This document shows, in pieces, positions 1 through 8,417 of a DNA stretch of 55,979 nt; position 1 is the first letter of the stretch; the number at the start of each line of letters is the position of its first letter. The position numbers were made by a program, and so were the translations under genes. The notes beneath the pieces are model-generated. The model saw only the letters and a list, made by a program, of their open reading frames with translations. It made no database searches and was not told where the DNA came from. Source of the stretch: a virus (taxonomy: Duplodnaviria > Caudoviricetes). Location of the stretch: positions 1-55,979 of the IMG/VR virus record IMGVR_UViG_3300032421_000002; one strand, 5' to 3'.

Positions 1-848
1 AAGCAGGAGACCTACGAAAACGTGCCGATTGGCGCGCACGGCACGGTGCGGATCACGAAGAATGCCCAAGGCAAAGAGATCGGTCGCGAGGTGCTTGCGC
101 CCACGGCGGGCACCGCCACCGGGGCCGGGCCGCTCGGGAAGAAACTTGCCGACATCGACGCGTCGGACCTGACCGACGCCGAGAAGGAAAAGGCCAAGCG
201 CGTCGCGGCCGGGCTCGTGAAGGTCAAGGCCGGCGGCGCCGGGGGTGGCGGCGCTGGCGCAGGCGGCGCGCCGGCGGGCGGGCTCGACCCGAAGACGGTC
301 GACTTCTACGCCACCCAGTCGATCGCGGGCGACGACCGCTGGCAAGTTGGACTCGCGCGCGGCAAGGCCGGGCAGCAGCTCATCTCCGCGGTAAAGGACC
401 GCATTCCGGCCATGGCCGCCGAGCTCGGTCTGTCGCCGCAGGACGTGGGCACGAACAAGGCGCAGAATGCCGCGCTCGCGAAGACCCTGGCCGATCGCCA
501 GAAGTACGTGACTTCCGTCGAGCAGCTGACCGGCACGCTCACGCGGCAGGGCGATCTCGTGAAGTCGCTGCTTGCGAAGGGCGGCGCCACGGAAGGCGGC
601 CCGCTGTTCAACAAGCCGTTGAACGCGCTCAAGACCGTGCTCGGGGATTCCGACTTCGCGCAGCTGCAAGCCTCGCTGATCGGGCTCGCGCGCGAGCACC
701 AGCGTGTGCTCACTTCGCCGCTGTCGAATGCCCAGCTGCACGCGTCGGCGCAGGAGACCGGCGACAAGCTGATCAACGCCAACATGCCGCCGAAGACGAT
801 CGTCGACATCATCGACAACGTCATGAAGAAAGAGGCCCAGAACGGGCT
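1..848. repeat. Terminal direct repeat, left copy (imperfect match to 55132-55979)
   Basis: Colinear with 55132-55979, no indels, about 34 substitutions by manual count; indicates circular permutation or terminal redundancy. Confidence 0.95.
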
Positions 849-975
849 GGAGCAAGGCCGCGCGACGCTGGAAGACACCCGCGCGCAATTGCGCGGACTG
901 GGCAAGGCGGCCGGCGGGACGCCCAAGGTTTCAGCGGAAGACGACGCGCTCATCAACAAGTACCTGAAGCGGTGA
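1..975 (+). CDS. C-terminal part of a putative internal virion (ejection) protein; continues the ORF starting at 54049
   Basis: Frame open from base 1 (KQETYENVPIG...) and in frame with the ORF at 54049 across the repeat; joined protein about 685 aa; Ala/Gly/Gln-rich; lies in the ejection gene block. Confidence 0.75.
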   Translation, partial: KQETYENVPIGAHGTVRITKNAQGKEIGREVLAPTAGTATGAGPLGKKLADIDASDLTDAEKEKAKRVAAGLVKVKAGGAGGGGAGAGGAPAGGLDPKTVDFYATQSIAGDDRWQVGLARGKAGQQLISAVKDRIPAMAAELGLSPQDVGTNKAQNAALAKTLADRQKYVTSVEQLTGTLTRQGDLVKSLLAKGGATEGGPLFNKPLNALKTVLGDSDFAQLQASLIGLAREHQRVLTSPLSNAQLHASAQETGDKLINANMPPKTIVDIIDNVMKKEAQNGLEQGRATLEDTRAQLRGLGKAAGGTPKVSAEDDALINKYLKR

Positions 976-978
976 CGC

Positions 979-3900
979 ATGCCCTCCTACGATGACGTGA
1001 TGACCGCGCTCCGCAACGCGGACGCTTCCGGCAACGTCGAGGACGCGAAGCGCCTCGCGCAGATCGCGTCGCGCCTGCGTAGCCAACAGACCGAGGCGCC
1101 CGCTCCTAGCGCCCCGAAACCTGCGGTCGGGGCGCCCGGGACGGTGCGCGACATTACCGGCGCGCCGACGAACATTTCCCGCGAGGCGACTCTCGCGATG
1201 ATTCCCGGTAGCGCGCCACCGGCGCCGCCAGCGCCGGAACCCTCTTTCCTGGAAAAGGCTCGCGGCGCGGTCGAGGCAGGTCTGAGCCTCGCGAGCGGGC
1301 TCGTCAACTCGCTGCCCGGCGCCGTTTCCGGCTTTGTGGGCGGCGCGGCCGGCGCGGCGGAAGCTGCGTTGCGCGGTGGGCCGCAGCCCGGCGCAGTCAA
1401 CGCCCCGGGAATCCCGGCCGGCGCGCAGATCCGCGGCGGCCAGAGCAATGCAGGGGGCATGATGTCTGCCCTGAACGAAGCGATGGGGCAAGGCGCGCAA
1501 GCCGTGACCTACCAGCCCTCGACCGAGACAGGACAGCAGTACGCCGAGAAGACTGGCGAAGCTCTCGGGCCGTTGATGGCGACACTAGGTGCCCACGCGG
1601 GTACGCTCGCGCCGACGACACTCGCCGCGCCGCGCGTACTGGAGGCCACGGGCACCGCGGCGAAACGCGCCGGCGCCGCCGCAGTCGAGGCAGCGGTTCC
1701 GCCGATCTCGCCGCAGCGCGCGGCGAACGTCAACGCCGGTATGGAGCAAGGACTCACTTTCGCTCCGCACCAGCTCGCCGAAAACAAATTCGTGAAGCTG
1801 GCCGGCGAGGCGGCCGAAACCACGCCGGGCGCCTTCGGCGGCATGCGGCAAGCCGAGCGCCAGCAGGCTTTCAACCAAGCCCTGATCAAGCACGTCAACC
1901 CCGAAGAGACCGCGACGCGGCTCACGGGCGACGTGCTAGGCGCCGCGATGGACCGCTCGGGCGGCAAGATCGGCGACATCACCGCAAAAACCGATCTGCC
2001 CTTTGAAGACGTGCAAGGCGGCTTCGCGGCGCAGCGCCGCGCGCTGGCACGCACGACCGAGGACGCGCAGCGCGTGGTGGGCGGGTACATCGACGAGTTC
2101 GAGCGCTTGGCCGCGGAGAACGGTGGCAACATCCCCGGGACCGCGTTCAAGGACTTGAACAGCGACCTAGGCCGCGAGATCCGCGCGAACGCCGGCAACC
2201 CGCTCGGCAACAAGCTGAGCGATCTGCAAGACGTGGTTCTTGACGCCTTCCGCGACAGGCTCAGCCCCGAGGACCGGGCGACCTACGACACATCGCGCAT
2301 GGAGTACGCCAAGGCCAAGACGATTTTGCCGCTCGTGGCGAAGTCCGTCGAAGGGGACATTTCGCCCGGCGCGCTGATGAACGCCGTTACCGCGTCGAAG
2401 GCCGGCAAAGAGGCGATGGGCCGCGGCCGCGGGGGCGATCTGGGCGATCTGGCGCGCGCCGGCAAGTACCTCGTCGAGCAGAAGTCGTCGGGCACCGCCG
2501 AGCGCAGTCTCGTGTACAAGTTCATCCTCGACCCGCTCAAGGAAACGGCCAAGGCCGCGACGATGTACCCTGCGGCCGCGGCGTACAACCTCGCTGGGCC
2601 GGCTATCGCGCGCGCGATGGTGCGCAAAGGGCTGAAGAAAGGCGGCGCCGAGCTCCCGCCCGAGGAACCGCCGCCCGGTGCCGGCGGGGCCGCAGAGCCG
2701 CCCCCAGGCGGCGCGGGCCCGGCCGGCGGGCCGTCAACCCCGATCGACCCCCGGCTCGCCGAGGTCGAGAAACTGCGCGCCCAGTCCACGGATCCAGCGG
2801 TGCAGGCTGCGCTCGACGAGCACGCGAAGACCGTGCAGAAGGTCATCGCCGCCGAGACCGCGGCGAAGAAGCAGGCGGCCAGCGTGGAAGCGCTGGAAGC
2901 CGCGGCCAAGGCCACGCAAGACCCGGCGTTGCGCAAGACCCTCCAGGCGCGCGCCGACAAGCTGCGCGCCGAGAAGATCCCGGTCGGCGAGGTGACCGAG
3001 GGGCAACCCGAGATCCCGGTCGAGAAGCCCGGCAAAATCCCCGTGGGCAAAGCGACCGAGGGGCAACCCGAGATCCCGGTCAGCAAGCCCGAGAAGGTGC
3101 CGGCCGGTGAGGCGACCGAGATCACGCCCGAGGTCGCGCCGGAAGTGACCGCGCCGCCCGAGCCGCTGCCGGTGGGCGAGGCGACTGAGCTCAAGCCCAC
3201 GGTGCCCGTGGGCGAGGCGACCGAGATCGCGCCCGAAGTGGTCGAGCCCGAGGCGCCGATCCCGGTCGGCGAGGCCACGGAGGTGACGCCTATCCCGGCC
3301 GGCGAGGCGATCTACGTGCACCAATCGCTGTTCGACGCGGCCAAGAAACGCGGCATCGAGACCCGCGGCCGCCGTCCGAGCGAGGTGCGCGTCGCGGTCG
3401 AGAACGCGGTGGTGAAGGAGCACAAACTAAGCCCGCAGGACACGGAACGCGCGAAGGCTGTAGCAAAAGCTCTCGACATCGACGAGAAGGCAGTCGAGAA
3501 TGCGGCCGTTCAACACGAACGGAGCCCCCGCATGTTTGATCGCGAGATCGACCGAATCATTGAGCAAGGAACCGCGCAGCCCGAGTCTGCGCCCGCTGCC
3601 GCTGCGCCGACGTACCAGAAAGGCAACTCGTGGGTGTTGCGCGAGAAGGCGACGGGCAAGGTGGTCATGGAGACCTACGACCCCAAGAAGGTCGCAGCGC
3701 TGAACACCGAGAAGTACGAAGCCGTGCCTATCGGCGAGTACCTTGCCGGTGCCAACCGAAAGATCAAAGAAGGAGCACCTGATGCGCCTGAAACCAAGCA
3801 AGCTGTTAGCAGCGGCGAAGGCCCTGCGGCCGGTGCTGCCCGCGCAGAAGCCCGCCCCGGGGCTGGACGTGGCGGGGACGCAGACATCGGTGCCCAACGT

Positions 3901-5394
3901 ACCGGCGGCGCAGTCGGTGAAGGCAATCCCGACACCGGCCGTGCCGTTGGCGCAGCTGCGCCCGCTGGCGAACAGCCCGGGGCCAACCGCCCTGCAACGC
4001 CCGGAACCGAACGTGCGGGGGATCAGTCCGGCGGATCGAGCGAAAAACGTGGTGTAGACAAGCAAGGCGCCGAGTACGCGCTCTCGGTGAAGACCGAAGA
4101 GTTCGGCGCCGGCCGCGAGAAGACCAAGGCGATCATGGTCGAGGCGCGCGATCCGCAGACCGGCGAGCGCCGCGGCTTCATCGACTTCGCGATCCGGCCC
4201 GATGGTGTGCTCACCGCGGAGAATGCGAAGGTGGCGCCCAACTTCCAGAAGCGCGGCGTTGCCGAAATGATGTACAAGGCCGCGCGCGACGCAGGCCACG
4301 ACATCGCGCCCGGTCGTGTGCAGACGGATGCCGGGCAGGCGATGGTCGAAGCGCTCCAGAAGAAAGGGCTCATCAACAAGGAAGCCGAAGGCCCGCGCGC
4401 CAAGGCGAGCGAGCTCGCTGCCGAACGCGCTGCCGAACCGCTTGGCCGTGAGGCACCGGAAGACTACGCCGCGCGGCGTTCCTTGGAGACCAAGAAACCT
4501 TACATCGTGACCGGCATGGGGCACGCGATGCTCGACGAACCACTCAACCGGAAGAACGCGCAGGAACTCGGTGGAGTGGCTGCGCGCTTCGTGAAGGGCG
4601 AGAAGGTTGAAGGCTTCGAGAAGGGCGCGCAGAAGAAAGTCGCCCCGCCAATCGCGCACAAAGACCCGGGCGAGCCGACCGAAGCCGTGACGCCCAGCGT
4701 TGTCACGCAGTCGCTGAGCAAGAGCACGAAGCCGGCCGAAATGCGCGACACGCTGCTCAAGCAAGTCGACGACGCGATTGCGAAAGCACCGGAGCGCGCT
4801 GCCGATATCGGTACGACCGAGCCGCGAACGGTGCGCGGCAAGCGTGAGTTCTCAGGGTCACGCGGGAATCTTCGTGTCGAAGTTCGAGAGGGCAGTGACG
4901 GTCTCTGGCACGTACAGGACATGGGCCGCCCGGTCATCGAACGCGCGCGCGGGGCCGAGATCATCCAGGCTTCCACGCCTCGCATCGCGCGCCAAGTCGT
5001 CGAGTCCATGCTCTCGCGGGCCTCGCGCAACGACAAAGGCCACATCGTCTATGGCGAAGGCGGCTTCGTGAAGTTCAAGGTCGAGGGCGACGGTGAGTTC
5101 AAGGTGCTCAACGATCCCGATCGGCTCGCCGAGTTTCGCGCCAAGGTCGAGAAGTCCCCGGGCTTCAGCAACTCGGGGCAGCGCACGCAACGCGCACCCG
5201 AGCTGGAAGGCGCGCAGCGCGGCAGCGGCGGTCCTGCCAATGCCATCGCGAACATGGTCGACGAAGGCGACTTCCAGGCCGCTTACGATTACGCCACGTT
5301 CAAGGGCATCGACCCGGCGACCGTGAAACTCGACCCGAAGGCCAAGGCGCGGTTCTCGTCCTGGCTCAAGGAAAACGCTGAACCGCTCGACTGA
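979..5394 (+). CDS. Large internal virion/ejection protein of polyvalent type, with Pro-Glu repeats and a GNAT-like domain
   Basis: 1471 aa; last gene of the ejection block; N-terminus 'MPSYDDVMTALRNADASGNVEDAKRLA'; seven [ILV]P[VA]G[EK]xT-like repeats; acetyl-CoA motif A 'VAPNFQKRGVAEMMY'. Confidence 0.7.
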   Translation: MPSYDDVMTALRNADASGNVEDAKRLAQIASRLRSQQTEAPAPSAPKPAVGAPGTVRDITGAPTNISREATLAMIPGSAPPAPPAPEPSFLEKARGAVEAGLSLASGLVNSLPGAVSGFVGGAAGAAEAALRGGPQPGAVNAPGIPAGAQIRGGQSNAGGMMSALNEAMGQGAQAVTYQPSTETGQQYAEKTGEALGPLMATLGAHAGTLAPTTLAAPRVLEATGTAAKRAGAAAVEAAVPPISPQRAANVNAGMEQGLTFAPHQLAENKFVKLAGEAAETTPGAFGGMRQAERQQAFNQALIKHVNPEETATRLTGDVLGAAMDRSGGKIGDITAKTDLPFEDVQGGFAAQRRALARTTEDAQRVVGGYIDEFERLAAENGGNIPGTAFKDLNSDLGREIRANAGNPLGNKLSDLQDVVLDAFRDRLSPEDRATYDTSRMEYAKAKTILPLVAKSVEGDISPGALMNAVTASKAGKEAMGRGRGGDLGDLARAGKYLVEQKSSGTAERSLVYKFILDPLKETAKAATMYPAAAAYNLAGPAIARAMVRKGLKKGGAELPPEEPPPGAGGAAEPPPGGAGPAGGPSTPIDPRLAEVEKLRAQSTDPAVQAALDEHAKTVQKVIAAETAAKKQAASVEALEAAAKATQDPALRKTLQARADKLRAEKIPVGEVTEGQPEIPVEKPGKIPVGKATEGQPEIPVSKPEKVPAGEATEITPEVAPEVTAPPEPLPVGEATELKPTVPVGEATEIAPEVVEPEAPIPVGEATEVTPIPAGEAIYVHQSLFDAAKKRGIETRGRRPSEVRVAVENAVVKEHKLSPQDTERAKAVAKALDIDEKAVENAAVQHERSPRMFDREIDRIIEQGTAQPESAPAAAAPTYQKGNSWVLREKATGKVVMETYDPKKVAALNTEKYEAVPIGEYLAGANRKIKEGAPDAPETKQAVSSGEGPAAGAARAEARPGAGRGGDADIGAQRTGGAVGEGNPDTGRAVGAAAPAGEQPGANRPATPGTERAGDQSGGSSEKRGVDKQGAEYALSVKTEEFGAGREKTKAIMVEARDPQTGERRGFIDFAIRPDGVLTAENAKVAPNFQKRGVAEMMYKAARDAGHDIAPGRVQTDAGQAMVEALQKKGLINKEAEGPRAKASELAAERAAEPLGREAPEDYAARRSLETKKPYIVTGMGHAMLDEPLNRKNAQELGGVAARFVKGEKVEGFEKGAQKKVAPPIAHKDPGEPTEAVTPSVVTQSLSKSTKPAEMRDTLLKQVDDAIAKAPERAADIGTTEPRTVRGKREFSGSRGNLRVEVREGSDGLWHVQDMGRPVIERARGAEIIQASTPRIARQVVESMLSRASRNDKGHIVYGEGGFVKFKVEGDGEFKVLNDPDRLAEFRAKVEKSPGFSNSGQRTQRAPELEGAQRGSGGPANAIANMVDEGDFQAAYDYATFKGIDPATVKLDPKAKARFSSWLKENAEPLD

Positions 5395-5409
5395 AAAGGA
5401 AAGTGACCC

Positions 5410-5547
5410 ATGTCCATGATCTTCGGCATCTTCGTCGGCCTCGTGCTGGGCTGGCTCGGGCACACGTACTGGCTCAAGCGCCAAGCGCCCGCCGGCGGCA
5501 CAGAGAAGCCACAAGGCGGGGGCGGCCCCGGTGAAGAACAGAAGTGA
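5410..5547 (+). CDS. Small single-TM membrane protein (45 aa), not in the ORF track
   Basis: AAGGA upstream; MSMIFGIFVGLVLGWLGHTYWLKRQ...; its TGA overlaps the next GTG (GTGA). Confidence 0.65.
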   Translation: MSMIFGIFVGLVLGWLGHTYWLKRQAPAGGTEKPQGGGGPGEEQK

Positions 5548-5981
5548 GGTTCGGGCTCGCGCTCACTGCGGTGCTGCTACTTGCCGTGGCAGTGCCGCAC
5601 TACGCCTATGAGCTGCTCGGGTCCATGTGGCCCGATCCGGTGCGCGCGGCGCGGGCGTGGTTCTATGTGCTGCGCGGGTTCTCGGGGGCGATCCTGTTCG
5701 CCACGGTCGCGGTGCTGGCCGGCATGCTCGCCGGCGCGACACAGCGGTGGCGCTGGTTCGTGCCCGTGGCGCTGGTCTGCGCCTGGGGGTTCACAGAAGA
5801 AGCCGAAACCGGGATCTGTCGCCTCGGGCTCGGCATTGGCGCTGCGCCGCCCGATGTGCACTGGCGCGGCCTTTGCGATGCGCTGACAGGGCTTCCGCTG
5901 TACTGGCTCGGCTTGGTGACGCTGAGCCTGCTCGGGGTGCTGGTGGCGGCGATAGGGGGAGAGAAAAAATGGCTGACGTGA
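5544..5981 (+). CDS. Multi-TM membrane protein in the lysis region
   Basis: About four hydrophobic segments; coupled to neighbouring genes. Confidence 0.65.
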   Translation: MRFGLALTAVLLLAVAVPHYAYELLGSMWPDPVRAARAWFYVLRGFSGAILFATVAVLAGMLAGATQRWRWFVPVALVCAWGFTEEAETGICRLGLGIGAAPPDVHWRGLCDALTGLPLYWLGLVTLSLLGVLVAAIGGEKKWLT

Positions 5982-6358
5982 CGACTTCTGCCGCGGTGGG
6001 GGTTGCCGCGTTTCCGCTGCTCGCGGCGATCGGTATCGATCCCGCGGCCATCGCCGCCGGGCTCGCCGGCTGCGTGGTGGTGCAAACCCTTTTGCCCAGC
6101 GAGCAGCATGGCATCGTGAAGGTCGCGCTGCTGACGCTCGGCAGCGTGCTGTTTGCGTCGCTGACCACGCCGTTCGTGGCACCTGTTGCGGTCGGCTACG
6201 TGCTCGACCACTACCCCAAGGCGACAATCTCATCTGACGCTGTGAAGGCCGCCGTTGCGGCCACGCTTGGCGGCTTCGCACAGCCCATCCTATTCCTCGT
6301 CCGTGCAGCCATTCAGGCCCGAATCGCGTCCAAGGTGAAGGAGAGCAGCGATGCTTGA
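5969..6358 (+). CDS. Putative holin
   Basis: Start at ATG 5969 after GGGGGAGAG; 3-4 TM segments, charged C-terminal tail; upstream of the endolysin. Confidence 0.65.
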   Translation: MADVTTSAAVGVAAFPLLAAIGIDPAAIAAGLAGCVVVQTLLPSEQHGIVKVALLTLGSVLFASLTTPFVAPVAVGYVLDHYPKATISSDAVKAAVAATLGGFAQPILFLVRAAIQARIASKVKESSDA

Positions 6359-6719
6359 GTACCTGAACGCCGCGGCATGCTCCCTGCTGTTGGTGTATTG
6401 CCTGCCGGTGGCGACGGTCATGGAGACTCCGCACCGTTGGGCTTTGTGGCCCGTGTTCGTGGCGGTAGTCGTTGCCCTGACCGTGCAGATCATCGATCCA
6501 TTCGCGACCTGGGTGCCCGAGATCGGTTGGCCGGCTGAGGTGCTGAACATCGCCATGGCGCTCATGCTCACGATGTGGCGCAAAGAGGCAATGCTCTTCA
6601 TCCGCTGTCGGCTAGGACCGGAGACCGAGCCGCCGCGGCACCCCATGCGCCGGCTGTCCGATCTGCGTGAGCTCACCCACGCTCAAGCCGCGCAGGTGCG
6701 CGGGAGAGGTCTCGAATGA
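6351..6719 (+). CDS. Membrane protein (holin or antiholin candidate)
   Basis: Three hydrophobic segments, Arg-rich C-terminus; ATGA overlap with the endolysin. Confidence 0.6.
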   Translation: MLEYLNAAACSLLLVYCLPVATVMETPHRWALWPVFVAVVVALTVQIIDPFATWVPEIGWPAEVLNIAMALMLTMWRKEAMLFIRCRLGPETEPPRHPMRRLSDLRELTHAQAAQVRGRGLE

Positions 6720-7243
6720 ACGCCGAACAGCTCGCCGCGGCTTGCGGGTGCTCGATCACGCTGGCGCAGGTGTGGCTCGATCCGATCAACGAGGCGATGC
6801 AAGCCTACGACATCGACACGCCACTGCGGCAAGCCGCGTTCCTTGCCCAGATCGGGCACGAGAGCGGCGGCTTGCGCTGGGTGCGCGAGATCTGGGGCCC
6901 GACGCTCGCGCAGGCGGGCTACGAGGGGCGCGAAGACCTGGGCAACACCGAGCCCGGCGACGGCCGGCGGTACATGGGCCGCGGGCTCATCCAGGTGACC
7001 GGGCGTGCCAACTACGCACGCATGAGCGGTGCTCTCGGCTTCGACTTCGTGGCGTCGCCCGAAGCGCTGGAACAACCGCACTGGGCGGCGTTGAGCGCCG
7101 GCTGGTATTGGCACGCACGTGGACTCAACGCGCTCGCGGACGCGGGCGACTTTGAGCGGATCACGCGCCGCATCAACGGTGGCCTGAACGGGCAAGTGGA
7201 CCGCGTGGCGCGGTTCGAGAAAGCACAGCAGGCGCTCGCATGA
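6716..7243 (+). CDS. Endolysin, glycoside hydrolase family 19
   Basis: 'AAFLAQIGHESGGL..VRE', 'YMGRGLIQVTGRANY', 'ITRRINGGLNG'. Confidence 0.93.
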   Translation: MNAEQLAAACGCSITLAQVWLDPINEAMQAYDIDTPLRQAAFLAQIGHESGGLRWVREIWGPTLAQAGYEGREDLGNTEPGDGRRYMGRGLIQVTGRANYARMSGALGFDFVASPEALEQPHWAALSAGWYWHARGLNALADAGDFERITRRINGGLNGQVDRVARFEKAQQALA

Positions 7244-7737
7244 TCGGCGCGCTCGGCCTGCGGCTCCTTATCATCACGGCCGCGCTCGGCGCGCTCGCGG
7301 CGCTGATCGGGGGCATTCACCATCACGGCGTCAACGAGGGCCGCGCCGAGGTCCAGGGGAAGTGGGACAAGCAGACCGCCGAGCTCGACGCGCAAGCGCT
7401 GGAGCAGTCACAGGAAAACCGACGCATCGAGCAACGCAGCGCAGTACGCGCAGGAGAGATCGCCCATGACACCGCAGTTCAGTTGGACCATGCTCGTACT
7501 GTTGCTGTGCGGGCTCGCGCTGATGGCGACAGCTTGCGCCAACAACTCGCCGCTGTGCAAGCCAGTGCCGCCGCCACAGCTTCCGACACCGCCCGAGCTG
7601 CTGATGCGATCGCCACCCTCAGCCGACAACTCGGCGAGTGCAGCGGCCAGCTTCAAGAGGTGGCAGATCGAGCTGACGCGGCTTCAGTCCAAGTGACCGG
7701 CCTTCAGGAGTTCGTGAAGGCCGAGCGCGAGCCCTAG
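7240..7737 (+). CDS. Rz-like inner-membrane spanin
   Basis: N-terminal TM plus Ala/Gln coiled coil, late Cys; follows the endolysin. Confidence 0.85.
   Translation: MIGALGLRLLIITAALGALAALIGGIHHHGVNEGRAEVQGKWDKQTAELDAQALEQSQENRRIEQRSAVRAGEIAHDTAVQLDHARTVAVRARADGDSLRQQLAAVQASAAATASDTARAADAIATLSRQLGECSGQLQEVADRADAASVQVTGLQEFVKAEREP
7466..7696 (+). CDS. Rz1-like outer-membrane lipoprotein spanin, embedded in Rz (+1 frame)
   Basis: AGGAG SD; hydrophobic stretch ending in lipobox-like 'LMATAC'; Pro-rich mature part (PVPPPQLPTPP). Confidence 0.85.
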   Translation: MTPQFSWTMLVLLLCGLALMATACANNSPLCKPVPPPQLPTPPELLMRSPPSADNSASAAASFKRWQIELTRLQSK

Positions 7738-7913
7738 GGCCGGTGCTTGGCGAAGGTCTGCGCGAGCCGCGCCTGCTTGCCCACTTTGCCGGGCATCTTT
7801 GCCGCAGCTGCGACCTTCGCCGCCGGGATCTTCTGACCCTTGGGCACGCCAAGCGACTCGTGCAAGCCGCCCTTGTGCATCTTGCTCGCGATCTTGGTGA
7901 GGGTCTTCTTCAT
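7734..7913 (-). CDS. Small Lys-rich phage protein (59 aa), not in the ORF track
   Basis: GGAG SD; MKKTLTKIASKMHKGGLHESLGVPKGQKIPAAKVAAAAKMPGKVGKQARLAQTFAKHRP; stop overlaps the Rz stop (convergent CTAG). Confidence 0.75.
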   Translation of the reverse strand: MKKTLTKIASKMHKGGLHESLGVPKGQKIPAAKVAAAAKMPGKVGKQARLAQTFAKHRP

Positions 7914-7925
7914 GGCTTCACTCCG

Positions 7926-8417
7926 TCACTTGTACAGACCTTTGCGGTGCACGAATCGATTGATCGCCGCGGCGATCCTGCCGGCGGGGTAGCACACATT
8001 CTCTTCATCGAGCGCCAGAGCGTCAACCCAGTGGTCGCCCCGCCGGCGCTTTGCGTAGGCGAAACCCGCGTGCCCGGCTTCGTGGCAAATGATCTCCATG
8101 CTCAGAAACCCATGCACGAGACCGATGAGGCAGAAGTAGCGGGGGTCAACTTGCATGGTGCTACGGCCGTGCGCGTCCACGATCTCGCGCGATAGCCCGT
8201 TCACGGCCCCTAAGCATCCTCGTCCGAGGTCGTGGTGGGCGCCGAGAGCCTGCCACCAAAAGCGACGCAGCGCGGTGCGGTTCTTGAATATCAACAGCTT
8301 TGCGTGCAGTCCGCGTTTACCGCGCACGCCGATGTCGCATTCAGCGAGAATATCGCCGCCGAGCGGGTGGTTGATGAAGTCGCGGGGAAGCGGGTTCTTG
8401 CCGCGCCGGACTCTCAC
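7926..8417 (-). CDS. Putative zincin metallopeptidase
   Basis: GTG start coupled to the upstream stop; 'IICHEAGH' followed by downstream 'EE..CY'. Confidence 0.6.
   Translation of the reverse strand: MRVRRGKNPLPRDFINHPLGGDILAECDIGVRGKRGLHAKLLIFKNRTALRRFWWQALGAHHDLGRGCLGAVNGLSREIVDAHGRSTMQVDPRYFCLIGLVHGFLSMEIICHEAGHAGFAYAKRRRGDHWVDALALDEENVCYPAGRIAAAINRFVHRKGLYK

Noticed and set aside
1-848. Diversity-generating retroelement TR/VR pair suggested by the imperfect repeat
   Set aside because: Differences are not adenine-specific and are mostly synonymous, the repeat is far longer than a TR, and no reverse transcriptase is present.
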